From Eledone cirrhosa (Eukaryota): DNA of 64,000 nt. Where the stretch lies: positions 7,130,001-7,194,000 of the forward strand of contig OZ024743.1 of NCBI GenBank assembly GCA_964016885.1. Reading direction: 5' to 3'. How positions within the stretch are numbered: position 1 is the stretch's first letter; each line of letters starts with the position of its first letter. The position numbers and the translations under genes are program-made. Positions 50,530 to 63,340 of this stretch are shown one piece after another. Under the pieces are notes generated by a model. The model worked only from the letters and a program-made list of their open reading frames with translations. It searched no databases and was not told where the DNA came from.

Positions 50530-50860
50530 CCTAACATTATATCTATCAAAACATGTATAAAGATATGCAGAGAAATCTTAGTGGATGGGACTTGTGGAAG
50601 AGACAGACCCAGGAAGACATGGGATGGGGTAGTGAGGACCAATCTTAAGAAGCTGAACCTCACATTACAGATGACAAAGGACCATGAGGATTGGTAACAT
50701 GCTATTCTGGTGAAGACACACCTACCAGCATGAAATGTGACCTTACCCATCCATGTGCTCCACCCTTCCTTTTGATTATCACTCCTTACCTATTCTTACC
50801 ATCATGGTACACCCCACCCTTATTCTATGCAGGATCATCTTCACTCTTAAATCCTAACAC
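50530..50860 (+). mobile_element. RTE-like LINE 3' end adjoining the 26-bp minisatellite
   Basis: VDGTCGRDRPRKTWDGVVRTNLKKLNL...DHEDW followed by a pyrimidine-rich UTR. Confidence 0.65.
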
Positions 50861-50863
50861 CCA

Positions 50864-53800
50864 CATGTATCCAGGATCACTCCTCTCCCACTCTATCCAG
50901 GATCACTCCTCTCCCACTCTATCCAGGATCACTCCTCTCCCACTCTATCCAGGATCACACCTCTCCCACTCTATCCACGATCACAACTCTCCCACTCTAT
51001 CCACGATCACTCCTCTCCCACTCTATCCAGGATCACTCCTCGCCCACTCTATCCAGAATCACACCTCTCCCACTCTATCCATGATCACTCCTCTCCCACT
51101 CTATCCACGATCACACCTCTCCCACTCTATCCACGATCACTCCTCTCCCACTCTATCCAGGATCACTCCTCTCCCACTCTATCCACGATCACTCCTCTCC
51201 CACTCTATCCACGATCACACCTCTCCCACTCTATCCACGATCACACCTCTCCCACTCTATCCACGATCACTCCTCTCCCACTCTATCCACGATCACTCCT
51301 CTCCCACTCTATCCATGATCACTCCTCTCCCACTCTATCCACGATCACACCTCTCCCACTCTATCCACGATCACACCTCTCCCACTCTATCCACGATCAC
51401 TCCTCTCCCACTCTATCCACGATCACACCTCTCCCACTCTATCCACGATCACTCCTCTCCCACTCTATCCATGATCACTCCTCTCCCACTCTATCCACGA
51501 TCACACCTCTCCCACTCTATCCAGGATCACTCCTCTCCCACTCTATCCAGGATCACTCCTCTCCCACTCTATCCAGGATCACTCCTCTCCCACTCTATCC
51601 AGAATCACTCCTCTCCCACTCTATCCACGATCACTCCTCTCCCACTCTATCCACGATCACTCCTCTCCCACTCTATCCATGATCACTCCTCTCCCACTCT
51701 ATCCACGATCACACCTCTCCCACTCTATCCACGATCACTCCTCTCCCACTCTATCCAGGATCACTCCTCTCCCACTCTATCCACGATCACTCCTCTCCCA
51801 CTCTATCCAGGATCACTCCTCTCCCACTCTATCCACGATCACTCCTCTCCCACTCTATCCAGAATCACTCCTCGCCCACTCTATCCAGAATCACTCCTCT
51901 CCCACTCTATCCACGATCACTCCTCTCCCACTCTATCCACGATCACACCTCTCCCACTCTATCCACGATCACACCTCTCCCACTCTATCCACGATCACTC
52001 CTCTCCCACTCTATCCAGGATCACTCCTCTCCCACTCTATCCAGGATCACTCCTCTCCCACTCTATCCACGATCACACCTCTCCCACTCTATCCACGATC
52101 ACTCCTCTCCCACTCTATCCACGATCACACCTCTCCCACTCTATCCAGGATCACTCCTCTCCCACTCTATCCACGATCACTCCTCTCCCACTCTATCCAC
52201 GATCACTCCTCTCCCACTCTATCCAGGATCACTCCTCTCCCACTCTATCCAGGATCACTCCTCTCCCACTCTATCCAGGATCACTCCTCTCCCACTCTAT
52301 CCACGATCACTCCTCTCCCACTCTATCCACGATCACACCTCTCCCACTCTATCCAGAATCACTCCTCTCCCACTCTATCCAGGATCACTCCTCTCCTACT
52401 CTATCCAGGATCACACCTCTCCCACTCTATCCACGATCACTCCTCTCCCACTCTATCCACGATCACTCCTCACCCACATGTATCCAGAATCACTCCTCTC
52501 CCACTCTATCCAGGATCACTCCTCTCCCACTCTATCCAGGATCACTCCTCGCCCACTCTATCCAGAATCACTCCTCTCCCACTCTATCCATGATCACTCC
52601 TCTCCCACTCTATCCAGGATCACTCCTCTCCCACTCTATCCATGATCACTCCTCTCCCACTCTATCCACGATCACTCCTCACCCACATGTATCCAGAATC
52701 ACTCCTCTCCCACTCTATCCACGATCACTCCTCTCCCACTCTATCCACGATCACTCCTCTCCCACTCTATCCACGATCACTCCTCTCCCACTCTATCCAG
52801 GATCACTCCTCTCCCACTCTATCCACGATCACTCCTCTCCCACTCTATCCACGATCACTCCTCTCCCACTCTATCCAGGATCACTCCTCTCCCACTCTAT
52901 CCATGATCACTCCTCTCCCACTCTATCCACGATCACTCCTCACCCACATGTATCCAGAATCACTCCTCTCCCACTCTATCCAGGATCACTCCTCTCCCAC
53001 TCTATCCAGGATCACTCCTCTCCCACTCTATCCAGGATCACTCCTCTCCCACTCTATCCACGATCACTCCTCTCCCACTCTATCCAGGATCACTCCTCTC
53101 CCACTCTATCCAGGATCACTCCTCTCCCACTCTATCCAGGATCACTCCTCTCCCACTCTATCCACGATCACTCCTCTCCCACTCTATCCAGGATCACTCC
53201 TCTCCCACTCTATCCAGGATCACTCCTCTCCCACTCTATCCAGGATCACTCCTCTCCCACTCTATCCAGGATCACTCCTCTCCCACTCTATCCACGATCA
53301 CTCCTCTCCCACTCTATCCAGGATCACACCTCTCCCACTCTATCCATGATCACTCCTCTCCCACTCTATCCAGGATCACTCCTCTCCCACTCTATCCACG
53401 ATCACTCCTCTCCCACTCTATCCAGGATCACTCCTCTCCCACTCTATCCAGGATCACTCCTCTCCCACTCTATCCAGGATCACTCCTCTCCCACTCTATC
53501 CAGGATCACTCCTCTCCCACTCTATCCAGGATCACTCCTCTCCCACTCTATCCAGAATCACTCCTCTCCCACTCTATCCAGGATCACTCCTCTCCCACTC
53601 TATCCAGGATCACTCCTCTCCCACTCTATCCAGGATCACTCCTCTCCCACTCTATCCACGATCACACCTCTCCCACTCTATCCACGATCACTCCTCTCCC
53701 ACTCTATCCAGGATCACTCCTCTCCCACTCTATCCAGGATCACTCCTCTCCCACTCTATCCACGATCACACCTCTCCCACTCTATCCACGATCACTCCTC

Positions 53801-55982
53801 TCCCACTCTATCCACGATCACACCTCTCCCACTCTATCCAGGATCACTCCTCTCCCACTCTATCCACGATCACTCCTCTCCCACTCTATCCACGATCACT
53901 CCTCTCCCACTCTATCCAGGATCACTCCTCTCCCACTCTATCCAGGATCACTCCTCTCCCACTCTATCCAGGATCACTCCTCTCCCACTCTATCCACGAT
54001 CACTCCTCTCCCACTCTATCCACGATCACACCTCTCCCACTCTATCCAGAATCACTCCTCTCCCACTCTATCCAGGATCACTCCTCTCCTACTCTATCCA
54101 GGATCACACCTCTCCCACTCTATCCACGATCACTCCTCTCCCACTCTATCCACGATCACTCCTCACCCACATGTATCCAGAATCACTCCTCTCCCACTCT
54201 ATCCAGGATCACTCCTCTCCCACTCTATCCAGGATCACTCCTCGCCCACTCTATCCAGAATCACTCCTCTCCCACTCTATCCATGATCACTCCTCTCCCA
54301 CTCTATCCAGGATCACTCCTCTCCCACTCTATCCATGATCACTCCTCTCCCACTCTATCCACGATCACTCCTCACCCACATGTATCCAGAATCACTCCTC
54401 TCCCACTCTATCCACGATCACTCCTCTCCCACTCTATCCACGATCACTCCTCTCCCACTCTATCCACGATCACTCCTCTCCCACTCTATCCAGGATCACT
54501 CCTCTCCCACTCTATCCACGATCACTCCTCTCCCACTCTATCCACGATCACTCCTCTCCCACTCTATCCAGGATCACTCCTCTCCCACTCTATCCAGGAT
54601 CACTCCTCTCCCACTCTATCCAGGATCACTCCTCTCCCACTCTATCCATGATCACTCCTCTCCCACTCTATCCACGATCACTCCTCACCCACATGTATCC
54701 AGAATCACTCCTCTCCCACTCTATCCAGGATCACTCCTCTCCCACTCTATCCAGGATCACTCCTCTCCCACTCTATCCAGGATCACTCCTCTCCCACTCT
54801 ATCCACGATCACTCCTCTCCCACTCTATCCAGGATCACTCCTCTCCCACTCTATCCAGGATCACTCCTCTCCCACTCTATCCAGGATCACTCCTCTCCCA
54901 CTCTATCCACGATCACTCCTCTCCCACTCTATCCAGGATCACTCCTCTCCCACTCTATCCAGGATCACTCCTCTCCCACTCTATCCAGGATCACTCCTCT
55001 CCCACTCTATCCAGGATCACTCCTCTCCCACTCTATCCACGATCACTCCTCTCCCACTCTATCCAGGATCACACCTCTCCCACTCTATCCATGATCACTC
55101 CTCTCCCACTCTATCCAGGATCACTCCTCTCCCACTCTATCCACGATCACTCCTCTCCCACTCTATCCAGGATCACTCCTCTCCCACTCTATCCAGGATC
55201 ACTCCTCTCCCACTCTATCCAGGATCACTCCTCTCCCACTCTATCCAGGATCACTCCTCTCCCACTCTATCCAGGATCACTCCTCTCCCACTCTATCCAG
55301 AATCACTCCTCTCCCACTCTATCCAGGATCACTCCTCTCCCACTCTATCCAGGATCACTCCTCTCCCACTCTATCCAGGATCACTCCTCTCCCACTCTAT
55401 CCAGAATCACTCCTCTCCCACTCTATCCAGGATCACTCCTCTCCCACTCTATCCAGGATCACTCCTCTCCCACTCTATCCAGGATCACTCCTCTCCCACT
55501 CTATCCACGATCACTCCTCTCCCACTCTATCCACGATCACTCCTCTCCCACTCTATCCACGATCACTCCTCTCCCACTCTATCCAGGATCACTCCTCTCC
55601 CACTCTATCCAGGATCACTCCTCTCCCACTCTATCCAGGATCACTCCTCTCCCACTCTATCCAGGATCACTCCTCTCCCACTCTATCCAGAATCACTCCT
55701 CTCCCACTCTATCCAGGATCACACCTCTCCCACTCTATCCAGGATCACTCCTCTCCCACTCTATCCACGATCACTCCTCTCCCACTCTATCCAGGATCAC
55801 TCCTCTCCCACTCTATCCAGGATCACTCCTCTCCCACTCTATCCACGATCACTCCTCTCCCACTCTATCCACGATCACTCCTCTCCCACTCTATCCACGA
55901 TCACTCCTCTCCCACTCTATCCACGATCACTCCTCTCCCACTCTATCCACGATCACTCCTCTCCCACTCTATCCACGATCAC
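50864..55982. repeat. 26-bp minisatellite, about 195 copies (CTCTATCCAGGATCACTCCTCTCCCA and variants), in ACOX1 intron 6
   Basis: Direct inspection; the 26-aa periodicity in the ORF track equals 3 x 26 bp. Confidence 0.98.
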
Positions 55983-57004
55983 TACCCCCTCCTAAAATCC
56001 TTTCACACCAATCATAACTCCCCATCTGCTTTGTAACTGTTATCATTACAGTACCTCCAATGCTATCAGATGTCATCCTGTCTCTTCCTACTGTCAAATA
56101 CCACCACGCTACCACCCATGGCATCATATTTATCATTCTTCTCACCCCTACCCCACAGTAGAGATTTGTCTCTCTATATAGATTTTGTTTCCAACGTTAC
56201 TCATACACTTAATTCTCTATGTCATTTATACATATATGCTCAACATTTATGTAGTTATATCCAAAAAATAAATTATCAAAATATCCCTTATCCTTAATCA
56301 CATGTGTTAGTAATCAACATAAGCTATAGGGCTTTTCTAATGAAAATTTCCCAGTTTGAATGAATGTTCATATATTTGATAATTTTGGTATATATGGCAT
56401 ATCAATACTTGAACTCCAAAAATAGAATATGTTTTGTGGGGTTGGGGGCCTTGCTGGAAGTATAAGGGTCAGTGATATCATGGGGCTGGAGGGCTTTGCC
56501 TGAAGCAGAAGGATAGAATGATGTCTTGTAACAGGAAGTAGGGAATAGCAGCAGAGTTGGGTGGGAAGCAGGATGGGCTTTTGCTCCGTGTTTGGGTTAT
56601 ATATGTATACATTCTGGCGAGAGGGATTTGGTGGGCAGGAAACTTACAGACACAGATATACCTCATTCTGGACTAGATTAATCAGTGACACATCCTGTGA
56701 GGTAGGTGAGTTACATTCCCCACCCTTCCTTGTACCACACGTTCAATGCCATTGTCCTCATTATTTACAGGACATGTCCACTAACTCTTTATAATGAAAC
56801 TAGAGCATATTTGAATTTCTATAATAACTCATGTGTAAATGAAAACCTACACCTTGTCTCAGCTCACAAACTATTGGCATGCTATTAGACTTGATAAATA
56901 AGTTGTTAGTGAACTCATTGTTGTCTAAAGACCTATGAGTGTTATCAACTTTATGTAACTTTAATTACAATGTGCTTTAAAATGTTTTTCTATATACTTC
57001 GCAG

Positions 57005-57174
57005 ATTCTTAAGGATGGTACTTATGTATCAAGCCCAAATAGAAAGACTATGTATTCTTCTATGATGCAAATAAGGTGTATTATAATATTATCAAGTTCT
57101 AGCTTTCTGGCAAATGCAAGCACCATTGCTATTCGCTACAGTGCTGTACGTCTACAATCAGAAATAGAACAAGG
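57005..57174 (+). CDS. ACOX1: ACOX1-like coding exon 7 (ILKDGTYV...TIAIRYSAVRLQSEIEQG)
   Basis: TIAIRYSAVR.Q motif; 170 nt; AG/GT boundaries. Confidence 0.95.
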
Positions 57175-58153
57175 GTTGGTATATTTTCTAGTTATATCAT
57201 TTAATTTTGCTTTTCTAATGCTCAATGTCATAATTGTTTTCATGCATTATGGGAAAACAAATACATACTTACTTGTCATTATACTTGCTAAGAATGTAGC
57301 TTCTAATTTGAATGGAAGGAGATGGGTGATGTGTTGGTGTAATGGTAGCATAGTGGTCTGCATAACCAAAGATGTGGGTTTGACTCCCTTGTATGTCCAT
57401 ACACATCATTTATCATTTCTAAGACGGTTCTAATCCCCACTATCAGGCTAAAATTTCTTTAGTCAAAAAATACGGCGAAAGCTTCTATTTCTAATTTCAA
57501 ACTCGCTCACTGTTTCAAGACATACTTACTTACCAAATACAATCTACTTTATTTAACCCTTTAGCATTCACATTACTCTATATATACAATTATATTTTCA
57601 TGGTAAATGCTTTACCTCGCATAATTATTTCACATAATATCGAATCTATGAGATTTTGAAAGTATTTATTTTGAGAACAATACCTTAACATCAGTATGAG
57701 TGGCCAGTTACAGCCAGTTTCAACAGAAAGAGGTAGAGAATTCTGGTCGGTTTTGGCCGGTTTCAACACTAAAGGGTTAAATACTAATTGTGTTTCTTTG
57801 TACACTATCTAAGTATCACAATTAAAATATCTTGAAATAAATACCACTGATATCTTAATTGTGAAGTTTACATAGTTTTGGACATTCATTGATTTTTGCT
57901 TGGTTTCTATAGCTGGATGCCCTTCTTAACGCCAACCACATTTACAGTGAGTACTGGGTACTTTCTGTCGTGACACCTACATAACCACTTTACAGTGTGG
58001 GCTGGGTGATTTTGGGATGTTAAACGGTGATGATAATGCTGATGATCTAAAATGGCTGACTGAATACGCTCCTGTGGTTTTTTCTCATTTTTTTTCCTGT
58101 TTCTTCCTCTTCTCTCTCTTTAACTTACTATTTCATATTTTATTTCTCATTTA

Positions 58154-58189
58154 TCTTCTGATGAAGGACTAATGTTTGAAACGTTAAGA
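58154..58189 (+). ncRNA. Minimal hammerhead-ribozyme-like motif (Penelope-type)
   Basis: TCTT-CTGATGA-A-GGAC-TAAT-GTTT-GAAA-CGTT-AAGA; a sibling at 30871-30906 has a perfect GGAC/GTCC stem II. Confidence 0.55.
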
Positions 58190-58719
58190 CTCTTTTCCTA
58201 TTATTTCAAGCGTTAAATTAATATATTTTTTCATTGTACTGTGTCGTTTGCTTTGTTATTTCAGTTTACTTTTTACATATATATTATTCATTCATTCATT
58301 GTCGTTTTAATGTCTGCTTTCCCTGCTAGCAAGGGTATACATATATATATATTTATATATATAAATATATCACTATAGTTTTTACGACTACTTTTCTATG
58401 GTGGCATGGGTTGGACAACATTTTTTGAGGCAGTGTTTGTCCAAATGCAGTGATATGGTACACCTACTTTAAGATCAGGATATATAGTTCTTCTTCTCTT
58501 CCTCTTCCTTTGATGATGAAGGGGAATAATATTTTTACAGCTTTCTTATTGATGATCTCTCTCTATATAAAATTCTGTCTGTTCCTATGCATTCTCAAAC
58601 GGCTGGACCAAATCAAATCAAATTTGGATTAAAACAATATAATATTTTATCTAAAATAACCTTTCTATAGTGAACTATAGTAAACCACGACGACAACGAC
58701 TACAATGATGTCACATTGT

Positions 58720-59245
58720 ATATGAGTGTGTATGTGACTGTGAATGTGTGTATGTTTGCGAGTTTGTTACATACGTTAGGCTTCAGAGAATTAAACATGC
58801 ACACACACATCTACACATTCATATAGACAAACACACACACATCTACACATACAGATACATATGTGATGACAAACAGGTGTGCGTGAATGTATGTCTGTGT
58901 GTGTCTGTCTTAATATATGTATGTGAGTGTATGTGAGAGTGTGTGTGAGTAAATATGAGAGTGTATGTGTGTGAGTGTATGTGAGAGTGTATGTGTGTGA
59001 GTGTATGTGTGAGCATGTGTATGTGATAATATTTATTTTCATTTGAATTAAAACAATAGAAAACAACACAACCACGTCACATTTTGTATATGAATATGTA
59101 TGTGTCTGTGTGTGCATGTTCATTAGGTACGTTATTAAATACACACACACATTTATACATATGTAGCTACTGTCAAAAAAATGAGGTAAAAAGTTATGTG
59201 TGTGTATGTATGCGTGTATATATATATGTGAGAGTGTATGTGTGT
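58720..59245. repeat. Degenerate (TG)/(CA)-rich low-complexity tract
   Basis: Direct inspection. Confidence 0.85.
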
Positions 59246-59559
59246 AGCAACAATTTATTCATTTGGACACCAACAAAAAATTACACAATGAATATTGTTT
59301 ACCCTAAGGTGCTTCAAGATTGACAGATTTTCATTTCTAAATTCTATTATCATTACAATTTTGATATTCTTTAAAGTAAAACATAGATATTTTGAAATAA
59401 TTATGAGAAAAAAACATATCTTCATATTTATTGTTTACTAATTTGAAAAAGAACAGCAATAACCTGAGCAACGCCGGGTAATTCAGCTGGTAGAATATAT
59501 TACAAATTTAAAAAAAATTAAAATATACGCTTGTAAGTATTTAAATTTAATTTTAACAG

Positions 59560-59722
59560 GGCAGGCGAGCAACCTGTACTTAACTACCAGACTCAACAGT
59601 ATAGACTGTTTTCTGCTCTAAGTACTGCTTATGCATTGTTTTTTACTTGGAGATATGCAACTGAGACTTCTGAGCAGCTACTAACAGATGTTTCACTGGT
59701 AGATATTGATCAACTCAAAACT
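59560..59722 (+). CDS. ACOX1: ACOX1-like coding exon 8 (AGEQPVLNYQTQQYRLFSALSTAYA...)
   Basis: YQTQQYRL motif; 163 nt; AG/GT boundaries. Confidence 0.93.
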
Positions 59723-59856
59723 GTAAGTAAAACACTTAATATTTTTCACATATCACTTTATATTATATAGTAGTTACTCACCGAATATGAATCATGATAA
59801 ATGATAATATATAAGAAATCTGGATGATATATGTATATATACACAAATATATATAC

Positions 59857-59889
<33 letters not shown>

Positions 59890-60070
59890 CTCACTGTAAA
59901 TGAGGTTGGTGTTAGGAAGGGCATCCAGCTGTAGAAATCAAGCCAGAATCAGTTCCTGTATGAGCAAGTAATGGTCAGCCGACCAAACACTGCCCACAAT
60001 AGGACAACCCGTCTAACCCATGCTAGCATGGAAGAACGGACGTAAAACGGTGATGATGATGATGATGATA

Positions 60071-60102
<32 letters not shown>

Positions 60103-60425
60103 AAATGTTTCTACTTTAGGCACAAGGCCAGCAATTACCAAGTGCATTACTGGTACTTTATTTTATCGACCCCGTACAAGGACGATTTGTTAAGCTTTCA
60201 TTACGTTTATTGATTGGTGACACACGTTTTGCTATTGATCAGTTCAAGGTTCGATCTGTATCGATCTGGCCTGACTCTGGAATCAAAAGCTCGTCGGACT
60301 TCTGCTGTTTAAAACTCTTAGGCCGGTAATAAAAACAATTATTAAAATATACTTGATATACTGTGTGTTCTTTAAAATATTTCATGGATATTCAATTATG
60401 AATATTTTCTTAATTCAATTTACAG

Positions 60426-60616
60426 TTGCATTACCTTTTAGCTGGCTTAAAATCAGTTAGCTCCTGGACAGCTAAAAGATATAGCCAAACTTGCCGTGAA
60501 TGTTGTGGAGGCCATGGATTCTCTCTATCAAGTGGTTTGCCACAGATTGAAAACAATGCAAGTGCTTCTTGTACATTTGAAGGAGATAATACTGTTATGA
60601 TTCTTCAGACAGGAAA
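60426..60616 (+). CDS. ACOX1: ACOX1-like coding exon 9 (LHYLLAGLK...CRECCGGHGFS...CTFEGDNTVMILQTG); gene continues beyond the window
   Basis: CGGHG motif and catalytic Glu in CTFEGDNTV; 191 nt; AG/GT boundaries. Confidence 0.96.
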
Positions 60617-61944
60617 GTAAGCAAATTTAATTATAGTTATTTCATTAAATAATTGTTTCTACATTTGGCACAAAGACAGCAATTTCAAGGGGGAAGGAAA
60701 ATTTGTTTAAATTGACCTCAGTGCGTAACTGGTACTTTATTTTATCGACCTCGTAAGGATGAAAGGCAAAGCTAATCTTGGTGGGATTTTGAACTCAGAA
60801 TGTAAAGAACCATAACTATATGCTGTAAAGCATGTAGTCTGATGCTCTACCGATTTTGCCAATCCACTGCCCTATATAGATAAAAATAATAATTACAATT
60901 ATTATTTTTAACATATTTCAGTATAAGTTGAGTTGTTTTGAAATTTTATATATTTACATAACTTGTAGATTCCCTTAACCCCTACAGTGAAGCAAGAATA
61001 TTCAAGCTAAAAATATTACTTAGTCATGAAAGGGACATAGTTCATGGCTGTTGTCTACTCTTAGCCACACAGGACCTTCAGCTATATGCCAATTAACCAC
61101 AAACATTTAGAAAAATCAACAACCCATTTCAGTTTTGTTACAACACTATCTAAAATCATTATCATTCTCTATTTGGTCTGAACAATAACTGGATTTAAAA
61201 GTATTCCAAATCAAATCCAAGAAATAAGATACTCGTACACAGAAGTAGACTGGGTATAAAAACAAATAGTACCAGCAATAGAAAGACCAATGGTAACACA
61301 ATTTCCCTGGTCCAGCCTGAAAATTGTTTCTTTACCTTTTTTTATTTGGATAATCAGATCAAACTGGATGATGTTATGATAAAGTCTATCATAAATGAGG
61401 GAATTAGTTATACACTGAACATTTCAAGATATAATTAAGTGTCCATAAAGGCTTTATTTTCATATTTTTCCATTCAGTGCAAAAAACATCAGTGAAAATA
61501 TTTGACAGTATGTTCTATGATAGAATGTTCTGTGACAGACTTAGGTGAAGAACTACAAGAGAAATAAATCTAAAACATCTAAGGTATATTTATCATTATT
61601 GTAGATTCTTTAGAGTTCTCCTTAAGGAAACCTTTATTGAGAATGAGGCTCAATAATTTGAATAAAAATGGGATCTTATGGTAAAGAGGATTTCCTGCTG
61701 AAATCAAAGTAATTATATTAATTAGCATTTACATTCTTGAAAACTCCTGGGATACTACAGTATATTTAATTTTAAGTGAGCCCATGTCATTTCAAAATGA
61801 GAGTAGGGATTTCAAAGTGAACACATATCACTTAAAAGTGAGAATATCGATTTCAAAGTGAGAATAGTGATTTCATAATGAGCTCATGTCACTTAAACAA
61901 AACTTGAACATACTTGATTTAATTATTCAAGAATCTACTAATAT

Positions 61945-62133
61945 ATAATTGTTTCTACTTTTGGCACAAGGCCAGCAATTACCCAGTGCATTACTGGTAC
62001 TTTATTTTATCGACCCTGTAAGGATGAAAGGCAAAGTCAACCTCGGCGGGATTTGAACTCAGATCGTAAAGGGACGTAACTATGCTGGAAAGCATGGCGT
62101 CCGACCCTCTACCGGTACTGCCAATCCACCGCC
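61945..62133 (-). mobile_element. tRNA-derived SINE family 1, representative full copy; others near 9796-10010(-), 10012-10172(-), 10895-11074(+), 21618-21778(-), 24287-24529(+), 33422-33592(-), 40212-40368(+/-), 41057-41248(-), 46468-46650(-), 60103-60175(-), 60648-60871(-), 62496-62685(-), 63769-63978(+)
   Basis: Minus strand: A-box-like TGGCAGTACCGG, B-box GAGTTCAAATCC, central GCCTTTCATCCTTACGGGGTCGATAAAATAAAGTACCAG, (ATT)n tail; many near-identical copies. Confidence 0.9.
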
Positions 62134-63166
62134 CTACACACACATCTATGTGATGAGTATGGAAGGAAGGGGGCTATGACAAACTATAGAAAACAGAGAA
62201 TAGAGTTCACTACACCTGTGTTACTCATACATATATGTGTGCGCATGTAATAATTATTTTCTCTGAGTCTGTTTATGTGTATGTTTGTGTAGATGTGTGT
62301 GTATGTAGATTGGCTATACTTTTGTGAGTGTCTGTGTGACTGAGTGTTTGTGTGTAAGTGTATATGTGTCCCTAACAATATCGAAATAAATTAGAATTAT
62401 CAAGAATATAAACCGGCCACAATTGAAAGCTATATACAAATACACATCTACCCTTTAACCGTCATTTTTGACGGCACGGGGCCAGCTAGCACATAATAAT
62501 TGTTTCTACTTTTGGCACAAGGCCAGCAATTACCCAGTGTATTACTGGTACTTTATTTTATCGACCCCGTAAGGATGAAAGGCAAAGTTAACCTCGGCGG
62601 GATTTGAACTCAGATCATAAAGGGACGTAACTCTGTGCTTCAAAGCATGGTGTCCGACTCTCTACTGATACTGCCAATCCACCGCATCAGCTAGTACATA
62701 ATAATGAATGACATAATGTATTTTCACATATATAAAGTGGTCGTGATGGTCATAACACAAAACCCCTAGCACACACTGTAAATGTGGTTGATATTAGGAA
62801 GTGCATCCAACCATAGAAACCAAGCCAGAACCAGTTTTCTATGAGCAAGACATGGTCACCTGATCTGACTTATTTCACAATGGGACAACTCATCTAACCC
62901 ATGTTAATGTGGAAAAATGGACGTCAAATGATGATGAGTATGATAACAGATAAGATTTTTTAATAATGTTTTTTTGTAATGCCTCGACAAGTAACATCAA
63001 GTGGACATTAAATAAAGAAAACACAAGTGTATAATGTTGCTCACAGTCAGCTCATAGGTTGTTATGATTGTGGATTGGTGGCATTAACATACATGCCACT
63101 GAAAATATTGATATTACTATCATATGATGAGTTTTTGCTTTGTTGCTTGGTTGATGAAAATTTATA

Positions 63167-63340
63167 CAGTGAAATTCCATTATAACGAAATTCACAGGGT
63201 ATTTTAAAAAAATTCATTGTAATGAAAAATTCTTAATAACAAGATCGACCTAACACATCGAATGTGTGGCCGGGAATTGAAAAAAATGTTATTCTGAAAA
63301 ATTCATTATAATGGTATTCGTTATAATGGAATTTTACCTG
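63167..63340. mobile_element. pogo/Tigger-type MITE
   Basis: TA|CAGTGAAATTCCATTATAACG ... CGTTATAATGGAATTTTACCTG|TA. Confidence 0.85.

Noticed and set aside
50691-56017. Very long ORFs (1215 aa, 560 aa and others) of S/P/H/L/T-rich repeats
   Set aside because: They are the 26-bp minisatellite read through all three frames; the unit has no stop except in the CCATGA variant, and it lies in an intron between two well-fitting ACOX1 exons.
61945-62133. tRNA genes
   Set aside because: The A/B boxes belong to SINE heads; no complete cloverleaf is evident.
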